Shown piece after piece: positions 33,952-44,587 of a stretch of 64,000 nucleotides of DNA (position 1 is its first letter; every line of letters begins with the position of its first letter). The DNA lies in the IMG/VR virus record IMGVR_UViG_3300025012_000042, positions 1 to 64,000 of that record; one strand, written 5' to 3'. Source of the DNA: a virus. The position numbers were made by a program, and so were the translations under genes. A model generated the notes under the pieces. That model was not told where the DNA came from. It saw nothing but the letters and a program-made list of their open reading frames with translations, and did not search any database.

Positions 33952-34920
33952 ATGAATTGTAGTGTTTGTAATATAGATGAAAAAGACGCTCCAAAATTCT
34001 ATTATAATAGTATATATGGAAATAATTTGTGTAATAAACATTATCTACAATTAAGAAGACACGGTAAAATAACAGATAATACACCAAATACAAAATTAGA
34101 TATATGTGAGGTTTGTGGACATAAAGAAGGATTAAAAAGATGTGGATTAGATGGAGATTTTAAAGGAAAAACATTATGTGGGAAACATTATTCTCAGGTA
34201 TTTGAAAAAGGTATAATATTTGATGCATTACCAACTCATAAAAATATGTTACGAGTATGTGATGTTTGCGGAAAGTTCGAAGGAGAAATAATTTATTGCA
34301 CAAAAACTAATCAGATGCTTTGTAGGAAGCATTATGACCATGTATTTAATTATGGCAAAGTATTAGAGAGAACCATATACGATAAAAATAATTATGTAAT
34401 AAAAGAAGATAATTACGGAAAGTTTGCAGAGATTATATTAAGAGATCAAAAACACGAAGAGATAGCAAGAACTGTAATTGATTATGATTATTTAGAAAAA
34501 GTATTAACAAGAGTATGGGGATATGCTCCCAGTTGGGGATATGTAACCAGTGGTAAAAAAGAGAATTTTGTAATGCTTCAGAATTTCATTATGGATCAAA
34601 AAGGGTTAATTGATCATATTGATAGAAATCCTTTAAACAATAGGGAATATAATTTAATTCCATCAAATAAATCTTTAAATTCATTAAATTGTGGACTTAG
34701 ATCCAATAATAAAAGTGGAGTAACTGGAGTTTCTTTTGATAAAACTCAAGAATTATGGAGGTCGTATATAAATTGGGAAGGAAAAAGATTGGAACTTGGG
34801 TATAAAAATGAAATTGAAGATGCAATTAAACTAAGACTATCAAAAGAAAATGAATTACTAGGCGTATTATCTCCTCAGAAACATTTATTTGAAGAGTATG
34901 GGATTGAGGTGAGGGTTTAA
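33952..34920 (+). CDS. HNH-AP2 endonuclease with three N-terminal zinc-finger repeats, putative homing endonuclease
   Basis: Three CxxC...LCxKHY repeats, HNH motif DHIDRNPLNNREYNL, and AP2-like NNKSGVTGVSFDK..W.SYI. Confidence 0.8.
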   Translation: MNCSVCNIDEKDAPKFYYNSIYGNNLCNKHYLQLRRHGKITDNTPNTKLDICEVCGHKEGLKRCGLDGDFKGKTLCGKHYSQVFEKGIIFDALPTHKNMLRVCDVCGKFEGEIIYCTKTNQMLCRKHYDHVFNYGKVLERTIYDKNNYVIKEDNYGKFAEIILRDQKHEEIARTVIDYDYLEKVLTRVWGYAPSWGYVTSGKKENFVMLQNFIMDQKGLIDHIDRNPLNNREYNLIPSNKSLNSLNCGLRSNNKSGVTGVSFDKTQELWRSYINWEGKRLELGYKNEIEDAIKLRLSKENELLGVLSPQKHLFEEYGIEVRV

Positions 34921-37900
34921 TGATATTATTTCAAAACTTCCACCGCCACAGCTCAGACTCGAACATTTTCACAGCCGATAGTGCAATGGTTGTAGAAGAT
35001 TATGCTAAACGAGCAACTGAACTAGGGCATACTATCCTATCTTCATGCGAACATGGATTTCAAGGCAGATACTATGAAGTTTATGAAATGGCAAAAAAAT
35101 ATAATCTTAAATTCATCTTTGGCACAGAAGCATATTGGGTTAAAGATAGATTTGAAAAAGATAGAACTAATGGACATATTTGTATTTTTGCTAAATCAGA
35201 AATCGGCAGAAAGACTATTAATCGTATTCTCTCAGAAGCAAATATTGATGGATATTACTATAAGCCTAGAGTAGATATTGAATTATTATTATCTCTTCCT
35301 CCATCTGAAGTATTTATAAGCACAGCCTGCATCGCCTTTTGGAAATACGATGATATAGAGGATATTATATGGAAATTACATAATCATTTTGGGGATAATT
35401 TTTTCCTTGAGGTACAATATCATCATACAGACATTCAACGTGAAATCAACAAAAGAATACTTGGTTTAGGTTTAAATATCATTATGGGATGTGATTCTCA
35501 CTACATATATCCAGAACAAGCACAAGGTAGAGATGATGTTTTAGAAGCTAGAGGAATAAGATATGAGGGAGAGGAAGGGTGGTTTTTGGACTACCCTGAT
35601 GGTGATACCGCATATCAAAGATTTGCAGATCAAGGAGTATTAAACCATGAACAAATAATGGAAGCAATCGATAATACCAATATTTTTCTTGAATTTGATA
35701 ATATAGAATTTGATAAAAATATTAAACTTCCATCACTTTATCCTGATTTATCTTTAGAAGAAAAAAATAAAATATATACGTCATTATTGACTGAGAAATG
35801 GAAAGAATTCAGTAAAGATATTGATCCAAGCAAACATGAACTATATCTTCAAGAAATTCAGAAAGAAGTTAATATTGTTAGAAATACTGGCATGGTAGAC
35901 TATTTCTTAATGGATTATGAAATTGTTAAACAAGCAATTGCAGATGGAGGTATTATTACAAATAGTGGCCGTGGATCTGGAGTATCCTTCATTACTAATA
36001 CATTATTAGGATTTAGTAAAGTAGATAGAATATCATCGCCTGTAAAACTATACCCTGAAAGATTTATGAGTGAAACAAGAATACTACAGACTAAAAGTTT
36101 ACCTGACTTGGATTTAAATTGTGGTACTCCTGAAATATTTGTTCGAGCACAAGATAAAATTCTTGGAGAAGGCCATGCTTATCCTATGATTGCTTATGGA
36201 AAATTTAAGATTAAATCTGCATTTAAACTATACGCAAAATCACAGAGTATGCCATTTGATGTCGCAAATGAAATCACTAATCAAATTGAAAAATATGAGA
36301 GAGATTTAAAATATGCTGATGAAGATGATAAAGATTTAATTAATGTTTATGATTATGTAGAAGAAAAACACCATGAAATTCTCAAAGGATCAGAGAAATA
36401 CATGGGAATTATTGCTTCTAAATCTGCTCACCCTTGTGGATATCTCTTATATCAGGGAAATATCAAAGAAGATATAGGATTAATCAAATGCAAAAGTGAA
36501 TCAACAAAAAAAGAAGTAGTTACAACTGTAATTGATGGTGCTATTGCTGAAAAATATAAATTCTTGAAGAATGACTTGCTGAAAGTTGATGTTGTTTTAT
36601 TAATTGATAAGGTTTATAAAAGAATTGGAATTAAACCACATACTGTTAATGAATTATTATCTATTATCAAAACAGATAGTAAAACATGGGATATTTATGC
36701 TAAAGGATTAACTATCGGAGTTAATCAAGTAGAAAAGGCATCTACTACACAAAAAGCTATGAGATATAAACCTAGCAATATTTCAGAATTAACTGCTTTT
36801 ATTGCTGCGATAAGACCAGGTTTTAAATCAATGTATCATATTTTTGAATCAAGAAAACATTTTAATTATAATACTCCAAGTTTTGATAAGTTAATTCAAA
36901 CTGAAGAAATGCCATTCTCTTTTGTTTTATATCAAGAAATGACTATGGCTGCATTACAATACGCAGGATTCCCAATGGATGAGAGTTATGGGATATTAAA
37001 AGCTATCAGCAAGAAAAAAGCTGATGTAATTATTCCTCTGAAGGAAAGGTTTATAAATGGATTTAATTTGAATTTAATATTAGAAGAAGGAATTACAGAA
37101 GAGTCAGCATTAGAAAAAAGTGAAAACATCTGGACTATTATTGCCAATTCCGTTCAGTACAGTTTCAATGCATCACATGCTTTAAGTTATTCAATTGACT
37201 CAGCATATTGTGCATATTTAAAAGCTCACTACCCATATGAATTTTATGAAGTTATGTTACAATCTTATTCAGATAAAGGCAATAAAGATAAAGTTGCATT
37301 ATTCAAAAAAGAAATGATAGAGGGGTTTGGCATTTCAGAGGGAGAATATAAATTTGGATTAGACAATACTAGATTCCTAGCTGATAAAGAGAATAAAACT
37401 ATTTATCCAGAAATGCTATCAATTAAATTCTTGAATAAAGAAATGGCTCATACTTTATTAAAATTATCAAAGAAGAAATATGATAGTTTTTATGAATTAT
37501 TACGAAATATCAAAGGAACAAAAGTTAATTCAAGACAACTAGATATTTTAATAAAATTAGATTATTTCAGAGATTTTGCAAATATTAAAAAAATACAAAT
37601 CTTTAATGGATATTATGATTTACTTGGTGATTCTAAGCAAATATCAAAAGAAAAAGCAATTCTATCTGAATTGCCAATGGAATTAATTGAAAAATATTCA
37701 AGAGCAACAGATAAAACTTATGTTGAATTAGATGTGGATAATATTTTATTAGGATTATGGGATAGAATACCTAATGAACCATTGAATATCAGAGATCAAA
37801 TACAAAATGAAATTGAATTATTAGGTTATGCTAAATCAATAAATCCAAACATCTCCCCTAACTATGGCATCATAATTGATATCAACACTAAATACTCCCC

Positions 37901-38132
37901 AATCCCTACTATATATCGTATCAATGATGGAAGTATTGAAACCATTAAGACTGATACAAGAAAATATAAAGCAAATCCATTTCAGCAATTTGATATGATT
38001 AAGACAATCACTAAAGAACCTAGAAACAAAAAGAAGTATATGGGTAAGAATGATAAAGGTAAGGGAATATATGAAACACTAGAAGAAAAAGAAGATATAT
38101 TAACCCAGTGGACGATAGTGACATTTGATTAA
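34920..38132 (+). CDS. dnaE: DNA polymerase III alpha subunit
   Basis: PHP domain (HRH, EHG, DSHY), GRGSG, PDLDL, HPCG, KNDLL and YSFNASHA motifs; no intein seen. Confidence 0.95.
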   Translation: MILFQNFHRHSSDSNIFTADSAMVVEDYAKRATELGHTILSSCEHGFQGRYYEVYEMAKKYNLKFIFGTEAYWVKDRFEKDRTNGHICIFAKSEIGRKTINRILSEANIDGYYYKPRVDIELLLSLPPSEVFISTACIAFWKYDDIEDIIWKLHNHFGDNFFLEVQYHHTDIQREINKRILGLGLNIIMGCDSHYIYPEQAQGRDDVLEARGIRYEGEEGWFLDYPDGDTAYQRFADQGVLNHEQIMEAIDNTNIFLEFDNIEFDKNIKLPSLYPDLSLEEKNKIYTSLLTEKWKEFSKDIDPSKHELYLQEIQKEVNIVRNTGMVDYFLMDYEIVKQAIADGGIITNSGRGSGVSFITNTLLGFSKVDRISSPVKLYPERFMSETRILQTKSLPDLDLNCGTPEIFVRAQDKILGEGHAYPMIAYGKFKIKSAFKLYAKSQSMPFDVANEITNQIEKYERDLKYADEDDKDLINVYDYVEEKHHEILKGSEKYMGIIASKSAHPCGYLLYQGNIKEDIGLIKCKSESTKKEVVTTVIDGAIAEKYKFLKNDLLKVDVVLLIDKVYKRIGIKPHTVNELLSIIKTDSKTWDIYAKGLTIGVNQVEKASTTQKAMRYKPSNISELTAFIAAIRPGFKSMYHIFESRKHFNYNTPSFDKLIQTEEMPFSFVLYQEMTMAALQYAGFPMDESYGILKAISKKKADVIIPLKERFINGFNLNLILEEGITEESALEKSENIWTIIANSVQYSFNASHALSYSIDSAYCAYLKAHYPYEFYEVMLQSYSDKGNKDKVALFKKEMIEGFGISEGEYKFGLDNTRFLADKENKTIYPEMLSIKFLNKEMAHTLLKLSKKKYDSFYELLRNIKGTKVNSRQLDILIKLDYFRDFANIKKIQIFNGYYDLLGDSKQISKEKAILSELPMELIEKYSRATDKTYVELDVDNILLGLWDRIPNEPLNIRDQIQNEIELLGYAKSINPNISPNYGIIIDINTKYSPIPTIYRINDGSIETIKTDTRKYKANPFQQFDMIKTITKEPRNKKKYMGKNDKGKGIYETLEEKEDILTQWTIVTFD

Positions 38133-38153
38133 TTAACTAATAAATAAAATTTC

Positions 38154-38182
38154 TTGACATCTAATTCCCATTATGGTATTAT
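38154..38182 (+). promoter_or_regulatory. SigA-type promoter
   Basis: TTGACA-N17-TATTAT with extended TG. Confidence 0.7.
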
Positions 38183-39585
38183 TAATACATAGAGAGGAGG
38201 AAATCTCATGGAAGAACAATATAGCGAAGTTAAAGAAATTAATGATATATGGCTAGAATTAACCAAGTTTTGTGAAAACATGAATTGTCATGATGGTACG
38301 GTTGATGCTAATGATTTGCTTGATAATGCTGAATACGTTAAAAATTTATTAGAAAAATTCTTGGAGTATAATAAATAATTTTTCTTGTATATCAAATTAA
38401 GGAGGTGAAAATAAAAATGAATCCCACAAAAATCATCAATCGCATCGACGGTCAATGGACTACATGCTCTTCTCAAGAATACAATTCCCAAGACAAAGCA
38501 AACTTCATGTTCAGCAAAAACAATGACACAACTATCACTACTTATTATAAGAAAATCGGTTAGTACCTATATTCTATTATTCTATAATCTTGACATAATT
38601 AACTTACATAAAGCATAAAATAAATATTAGCAAGGATTTGATCGCTCAGATTATATTATTTACCAATCAAATTCTTGCTAAATCAAAAGAGGTGATACAT
38701 ATTAAAATTTTACATGGTAGAGATGGCGATTGGATTCAGTGTACTTCTGAAGAGTACAATAATAACTATACAGACAAAGTTAATTATGCATTTATTGTGG
38801 ATCAAGACACTAATAAAGGGCATTATTACAAAAAGGTAACAATCGAAGTATTTGATAAAGAATCAAAGATTAAAAACGAAAGGATGGAAGATTGAGTTTT
38901 GGCTAATATATCAATGTGTCAATTTATTGATTGTGAAAAATCTTCTAGTTGTTTGAGAATATTAGCACCACCTGATGCAGAGCAAGTTTACATGAAATTC
39001 AAGAATATTTGTGGTGAATTTAACCAATGGAATTGGTACTGGCAAGCACCAGATCATTTTATAGTTAAGAAAGAAGGTGATACATAATTTATATAAATAA
39101 TATTTCTTTACATGGTATTGACTTTCACAAATATGTAGTCATAAAACAAGATGACTTATATAAACATGCATTAGAACAAGATTCTATTGATTTAGCTAGA
39201 ATTATTAAAAATATTAGAATCAGTAGAGTTAAGTTTAATAAGAAGCCTAGTAATCAGTATTTAGTGATTAATATTGATGAACCATATGCAGGTGAGGTTA
39301 TTGAGATTTTGAAGAAGAATAGGCATTGGGATTTGTAGGAAGGGAGGTGAGAGCAAATGGATTATATAAATCAAATAATTTTAGAAATAAAAAATGCAAA
39401 AACAGATAATGAAATTAGGAATATTCTATGCGATATTTATGTTTCTACTCAAATGGATTCAAATATTAGAGAAGAATTTGATAATCTATGTTTAGCATTT
39501 TTATCTTAAATTTGTTAGGATAAAATAGAATAATCTGTTTAAGTGATAAATTAGTTATAAAATAAATATATTGGAGGATACATAA

Positions 39586-41898
39586 TTGACTAAAATTAAT
39601 GATAACGCATTAAAACTACTTAAGGAAAAACAATACTTTAAAGATAATGAAAATACTTGGGACGATTTATCTAAAAGAGTCTCAATTGCTATAGCTGAAG
39701 CAGAAACAAATGAAGAAATTAAGAAAGAAGTTCAGAAAGATATTTATGATGCTATGACTAATTTAGATTTTGTTTTTAGCACTCCTTGCTTATTGAATGC
39801 AGATAAGAATAATCCTGGTCAACTAAGTAGTTGTTTTATTGCTGATACAAAAGATAGTATAGAAGAAATATGTAGAACTGATGCTGAGTTTTCAGTTATA
39901 TTCCAACGCAATGGTGGAGTTGGTACAGATTTAAGTGTAATACGTCCTGCTAAAGATATTGTAGAGACATCAAAAGGTTATGCTGGTGGAGTTATCACAT
40001 TTATGGAAAAATATGATTTTACAGCAGATAGAATGACGAGATTTAATCCGTCTAGAAAAGGTGCAATAAAAATAAATCTTAAAACCTTTCACCCTCAAAT
40101 TTTTGACTTTTTACATTGCAAAGATAATAAAGATATTTTAAATAGAATGAACATTAGTATATCATTCACTGATGAATTTATGGAAGCAGTAGTAAGTGAT
40201 TTAGATTGGAATTTAGAATTTCCAGATTATTCTTTCAGCAAAGAAATATATAATCAAGAGTGGGATGGGAATATTGAAAAATGGAAATCAAAAGGTTATC
40301 CAGTTAAAATTTATAAAGTAGTAAAAGCAAGGGATTTATTTAGAGAGTTTTCTGAGTCATCTTGGAAAACAGGTGAGCCAGGCGCGAATTATCAGTCTCG
40401 CATGTCGCTTGATAATATGAATCCTCACTTATCAAGTGAAATATATACTAACCCTTGTTCTGAGTTTTCAAATATTCCATATTCATCTTGCAATCTTGGA
40501 AGTATTAATCTTTTAAATTGTGTGAAAAATAACAAATTCGACTTTAACAAACTTAAATCTTTAACTTCTAAGGCAATTAGATGGTTAGATAATATGATAA
40601 GTGTTAATGTTCTACCACTTAAAAAGATTGATGAAGTTACAAAATTAATAAGGCCAATCGGTCTAGGAATTATGGGATTAGCAGATGCATTTTACATATT
40701 GGGAATTAAATATAATTCATTAGAAGGGTACGAATTGGCAGAACTTATAATTAAAACAATGAAGGAAATTGCCGTAACTACATCTATGGAATTAGTAAAA
40801 GAAAGAGGAGAATATCCTGCATGGGAAGGAAGCAAATGGGAAGAAATTGGAATTAAAATTCATAATAGTTCTTTGTTGTCTATAGCTCCAACAGGATCTA
40901 TTTCTTTTATTGCAGGAGTAAGTGGAGGTTGCGAACCAAACTTTGCTTTAACATTTTCAAGACGTACATATGATGGGAATATTTATTATGTAACTAATCC
41001 AATATTTGAAAATAAATTAAAAGAACTTGGTATTTATTCTATTGAACTTATGGAGAAAATTGAAAAGAATCATGGAAGTTGCCAAGGAATTTTAGAAATT
41101 CCAAAAGATATTCAGGAGATATTCGTTACAGCACATGACCTAACTCCAGAAGAGCATGTAGATATGGTAGAAGTTTTGCAAAAACACGTTGATTTAAGCT
41201 TATCAAAAACAGTTAACTTTTCAAGCAACGCTACAGTTGAAGATATTTACAATATATACATATATGCGTGGAGAAAAGGATTAAAGGGACTAAGTGTCTA
41301 CCGTGATGGTTCAAGAGATAATCAAACATTATCAAGTGGCAATACATTATCAGATGAAATTGCTGAAATAATTGATCGAGGGTATGTTATCAAAGCTCCA
41401 TCAGTGGCAGATAGTAGAACTTATAAATTTGTTAGTGGATGTGGGAATGCGTATGTTACTGTAACTTGGGATGAAAAAGGCAACATTAATCAAACATTTA
41501 CTAATAAAGGAAGTAGTGGTACATGTAAAAGCAATCAAGAAGCAGTATCGAGATTGATTTCACTTTCATTACGTGGTGGTATTCCTATTGATAATATTAT
41601 TGATCAACTAGAAAGTGTGGATATTTGTTCTTCATACACAAATGCTAGAGTTAAAGGAAAACCAGTTAGCAAAGGTGCTAGTTGTCCTCACGCTATTGCT
41701 AATATTCTCAAACAAGCAATAAAGGACGTAGATAATAAGTTTGATAATATAGAATTTAAATTAGAAAATAAGATTGGAAAAGAATTAGTAGAAGTAACTG
41801 TAATTAATAATTCAAGACTATGCCCCGAATGTAAAGAACCATTAATTAGTGACGGTTCATGTATATGCTGTAAGGCTTGTGGATATAGCAAGTGCTAA
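39586..41898 (+). CDS. nrdJ: Class II (B12-dependent) ribonucleotide reductase with C-terminal TSCPD-like domain
   Basis: LSSCF, GGVG, TNPCSE, CNLGSIN, IAPTGSIS and YRDGSR motifs; C-terminal SCPHA and CPEC...CKAC; no nrdB nearby. Confidence 0.9.
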   Translation: MTKINDNALKLLKEKQYFKDNENTWDDLSKRVSIAIAEAETNEEIKKEVQKDIYDAMTNLDFVFSTPCLLNADKNNPGQLSSCFIADTKDSIEEICRTDAEFSVIFQRNGGVGTDLSVIRPAKDIVETSKGYAGGVITFMEKYDFTADRMTRFNPSRKGAIKINLKTFHPQIFDFLHCKDNKDILNRMNISISFTDEFMEAVVSDLDWNLEFPDYSFSKEIYNQEWDGNIEKWKSKGYPVKIYKVVKARDLFREFSESSWKTGEPGANYQSRMSLDNMNPHLSSEIYTNPCSEFSNIPYSSCNLGSINLLNCVKNNKFDFNKLKSLTSKAIRWLDNMISVNVLPLKKIDEVTKLIRPIGLGIMGLADAFYILGIKYNSLEGYELAELIIKTMKEIAVTTSMELVKERGEYPAWEGSKWEEIGIKIHNSSLLSIAPTGSISFIAGVSGGCEPNFALTFSRRTYDGNIYYVTNPIFENKLKELGIYSIELMEKIEKNHGSCQGILEIPKDIQEIFVTAHDLTPEEHVDMVEVLQKHVDLSLSKTVNFSSNATVEDIYNIYIYAWRKGLKGLSVYRDGSRDNQTLSSGNTLSDEIAEIIDRGYVIKAPSVADSRTYKFVSGCGNAYVTVTWDEKGNINQTFTNKGSSGTCKSNQEAVSRLISLSLRGGIPIDNIIDQLESVDICSSYTNARVKGKPVSKGASCPHAIANILKQAIKDVDNKFDNIEFKLENKIGKELVEVTVINNSRLCPECKEPLISDGSCICCKACGYSKC

Positions 41899-41930
41899 TA
41901 AAAAAATTAAATGAAAAGAGGCAAATTAAT

Positions 41931-42317
41931 ATGATGAAGCAACAAGAACAAGTAAAAGAATTTCAGATGGCATTTAATCACCCAATCGCAAATACACCTA
42001 CATTTATGGATAAAAAGAGAGCAGAAGCAAGAATGAGTTGGGTAATAGAAGAGGTAAATGAATTTTTAGAATCAGATAATGTAATTGATCAAGCAGACGC
42101 TTTATGTGACATGCTTTATTTTATTTTAGGAACATCCGTGGAATGCGGTGTGGATTTAGAACCTGTATTTGATATTGTACAAAAAGCAAATATGGCAAAA
42201 CTTTGGCCTGATGGAAAACCTCATTATAGGGAATTAGATGGCAAAGTTGCAAAACCAGATGGATGGCAAGCACCTGAGCCTCAAATTGAAGCAGAAATTA
42301 AAAGACAAATGAAGTGA
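41931..42317 (+). CDS. MazG-like / PRA-PH NTP pyrophosphohydrolase
   Basis: EEVNEF...DALCDMLYF...VQKANMAK...GKVAKP pattern. Confidence 0.75.
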   Translation: MMKQQEQVKEFQMAFNHPIANTPTFMDKKRAEARMSWVIEEVNEFLESDNVIDQADALCDMLYFILGTSVECGVDLEPVFDIVQKANMAKLWPDGKPHYRELDGKVAKPDGWQAPEPQIEAEIKRQMK

Positions 42318-42332
42318 TTATTAAATAAATAT

Positions 42333-42356
42333 GGAGAGATTGAAATACATCTCTCC
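42333..42356 (+). terminator. Stem-loop
   Basis: GGAGAGAT-N8-ATCTCTCC. Confidence 0.45.
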
Positions 42357-42386
42357 TACCTTCGCAGAAAGGAGTAACAAAACAAA

Positions 42387-42861
42387 ATGCAAATAATAAA
42401 CTGGGATGACTACTTCATGTCAGTAGCATACATATCATCATTACGTAGTAAAGATCCAAATACTCAAGTTGGTGCTTGCATAGTGGACACTAACCATCGA
42501 ATCATATCAACTGGTTATAATGGTATGGTGAATGGATGCAATGATATCGATATGCCTTGGAGAAGATCAAAGGGATTAGATGGAAAATATCTATATGTAG
42601 TACATAGTGGAACTCAATGCCATATTACATGCTAGAATAAATTTAGAAGGGTGTAAAATATATGTAACTTTATTTCCATGTAACGAATGTGTTAAAGCTA
42701 TTATTCAATCTGGAATCAAAGAAATAATATATTTAAATGATAAATATAAAGAAGATGACCAGATAATTTCAGCTAAATTTATGCTTGATATGGTAAATAT
42801 CAATTATAGACAATTAATATCTGATGTAAATATTAAGATAAATTTTAAAAAAGAAGAGTAG
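42387..42861 (+). pseudogene. dCMP deaminase (ComEB-like) with a +1 frameshift at the HxE motif
   Basis: WDDYFM..RSKDPNTQVGACIV..GYNG in the first frame; ELNAI..TLFPCNECVKAIIQSGI in the second. An extra G in CAT AGT G GAA (about 42609) breaks HSE. Confidence 0.85.
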
Positions 42862-42875
42862 AGGATTAATATATC

Positions 42876-44309
42876 ATGTCATTTTATATTTTAACATTGT
42901 CTTTAAAGACTGAAAAATTTCAAGAACATATTTTAAATAAGCATTATGAAAAATATAGAAAGATTTATAATGCTTGTATTGAAGAATTATATAAACGATA
43001 TAATCATATGCGAGAATCAAAAGAATATCAAAGGAATTGCAAATCAGATAGGATAGATAGAAATAAAGTATTTTATGAATTAGATAAAAGGTTTGGATTA
43101 ACAGAATATTCTTTACATTATTTTACAAAACCAATGGCGAAATATTTTAATGTTAATGCCATGATAACCCAAGTAATTCATAAAAGAGCTTTTAAATCTT
43201 TTCGTTTACTAATGCTACACAAAGCAAAAAAGATTAAATATAAATCTTATGGTGAATTAAATTCTATAGAAGGAAAAACGAGTAAAAAGAGTATAATATT
43301 TAGAGATGATAATATATTATTCGCAGGACTTAAAATTCCAGTAATTATTAAAAAAATTGATTATTATAGTCGTATATCATTAAATGATAAAATTAAGTAT
43401 TGCAGAATTAAGCGTGAAGTAATCAAAGGAAAATATCATTATTATGCTCAGTTTATTATTGAAGGTGTTCCTCCTATAAGAATTGATAAAACTACTGGTG
43501 AAATAAAAAATTATGTTAATGACGGGGTTGTAGGTTTAGATATTGGCACTCAAAGTTTAGGTATATGTTCCAAAACAGAAGTTAAATTGCTTGAACTATG
43601 TCCTGAAGTACAGGATATTGAGAAACAGAAGAGAATACTACAAAGAAAAATGGATAGATCAAGGCGTTCAACCAATCCTGATAAATACAATGATAACGGA
43701 ACATATAAAAATAAAAACAATATTAAATGGATTAAATCTAAACACTATATTAAAACCCAAAATGAATTAAAAGAACTATACCGAAAACAAAGAGAAATAA
43801 GAAAACATTCTCATAACAAATTGGCAAATTATATTTTATCATTAGGCAATGATATTAAGGTAGAAACTATGGATTTTGTAGAATTACAAGTTAGAAATTC
43901 TACTATAAGCAAAAATACTGGAAAAATTATTAAAAATAAAAAGTTTGGAAAATCTTTGGAGAATAAAGCACCAGCTATGCTTTTAACAATTTTGGATACT
44001 AAATTAAAATGGTCAAATACACAATTAAATAAAGTAAATACATATAAGGTTAAAGCTAGTCAATATAATCATATAAAGAATACTTATATTAAAAAGAATT
44101 TAAATGAGAGGTGGAACAATTTTGGAGAGTTTAAAATTCAAAGAGACTTATACTCGGAATTTTTAATTATGAATGTAAATGATGATTTAGAAACTATTAA
44201 TAGAGACTTGTGTTTTGAGAAGTTTCAGGAATTTAAAATATTGCACGATATTGAAATTGATAGATTAAGAGGTTTAAAGGAAAATAAAATAATCAAAATT
44301 TTAATTTAA
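42876..44309 (+). CDS. tnpB: TnpB-family RNA-guided endonuclease, orphan (no TnpA)
   Basis: RuvC-I VGLDIG, RuvC-II IKVE and RuvC-III QRDLYS with acidic residues intact; LQRKMDRSRR bridge region; no CxxC zinc finger. Confidence 0.85.
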   Translation: MSFYILTLSLKTEKFQEHILNKHYEKYRKIYNACIEELYKRYNHMRESKEYQRNCKSDRIDRNKVFYELDKRFGLTEYSLHYFTKPMAKYFNVNAMITQVIHKRAFKSFRLLMLHKAKKIKYKSYGELNSIEGKTSKKSIIFRDDNILFAGLKIPVIIKKIDYYSRISLNDKIKYCRIKREVIKGKYHYYAQFIIEGVPPIRIDKTTGEIKNYVNDGVVGLDIGTQSLGICSKTEVKLLELCPEVQDIEKQKRILQRKMDRSRRSTNPDKYNDNGTYKNKNNIKWIKSKHYIKTQNELKELYRKQREIRKHSHNKLANYILSLGNDIKVETMDFVELQVRNSTISKNTGKIIKNKKFGKSLENKAPAMLLTILDTKLKWSNTQLNKVNTYKVKASQYNHIKNTYIKKNLNERWNNFGEFKIQRDLYSEFLIMNVNDDLETINRDLCFEKFQEFKILHDIEIDRLRGLKENKIIKILI

Positions 44310-44516
44310 AATGAACCAAGTCTAGAATCGGACTTGATGCTATCGTTAATTATTTCATTAGAGATATTGATAGTGAAAGTCTTATGGAAAATGATTAGTG
44401 TTTATATGTGTAATTTATAGATGAGTATAATGCCTATAAATGAGAGTATAAAAGAAATTCATGAGTACATAAGAACCTGCATTCGTGTAGAGGTTCGTAA
44501 CGGGATGCCTAATGAA
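44310..44516 (+). ncRNA. Putative omegaRNA scaffold plus guide for TnpB
   Basis: About 190 nt of non-coding sequence after tnpB, ending in the hairpin GAACCT..AGGTTC (44473-44496) and followed by GTAACGGGATGCCTAATG. Confidence 0.6.
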
Positions 44517-44587
44517 ATAGATAAAATATTAGGCAATTTTAATACTAAAATTGCAATAAAATTAAATATTGAGGAGTGATATAATAA

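Noticed and set aside
40370-40415. GC-rich, atypical codons after GEPG in nrdJ as another recoded nuclease target
   Set aside because: The patch is short and no adjacent nuclease or guide match links to it.
34920-41898. Inteins or introns in dnaE and nrdJ
   Set aside because: Lengths are normal, the frames are uninterrupted and no intein-like termini were seen.
42862-42875. IStron (group I intron plus IS) or intact IS200/IS605 element around tnpB
   Set aside because: Only 14 bp lie upstream of tnpB, leaving no room for an intron core, left end or tnpA.
44308-44329. AAATGAACCAAGTCTAGAATC after tnpB resembles AAATGAACCGTCTAGAATC in virB4 (62790-62808), suggesting a possible TnpB target
   Set aside because: The match needs a 2-nt gap and lies at the 5' scaffold end rather than the guide position; it is plausibly chance in AT-rich DNA.
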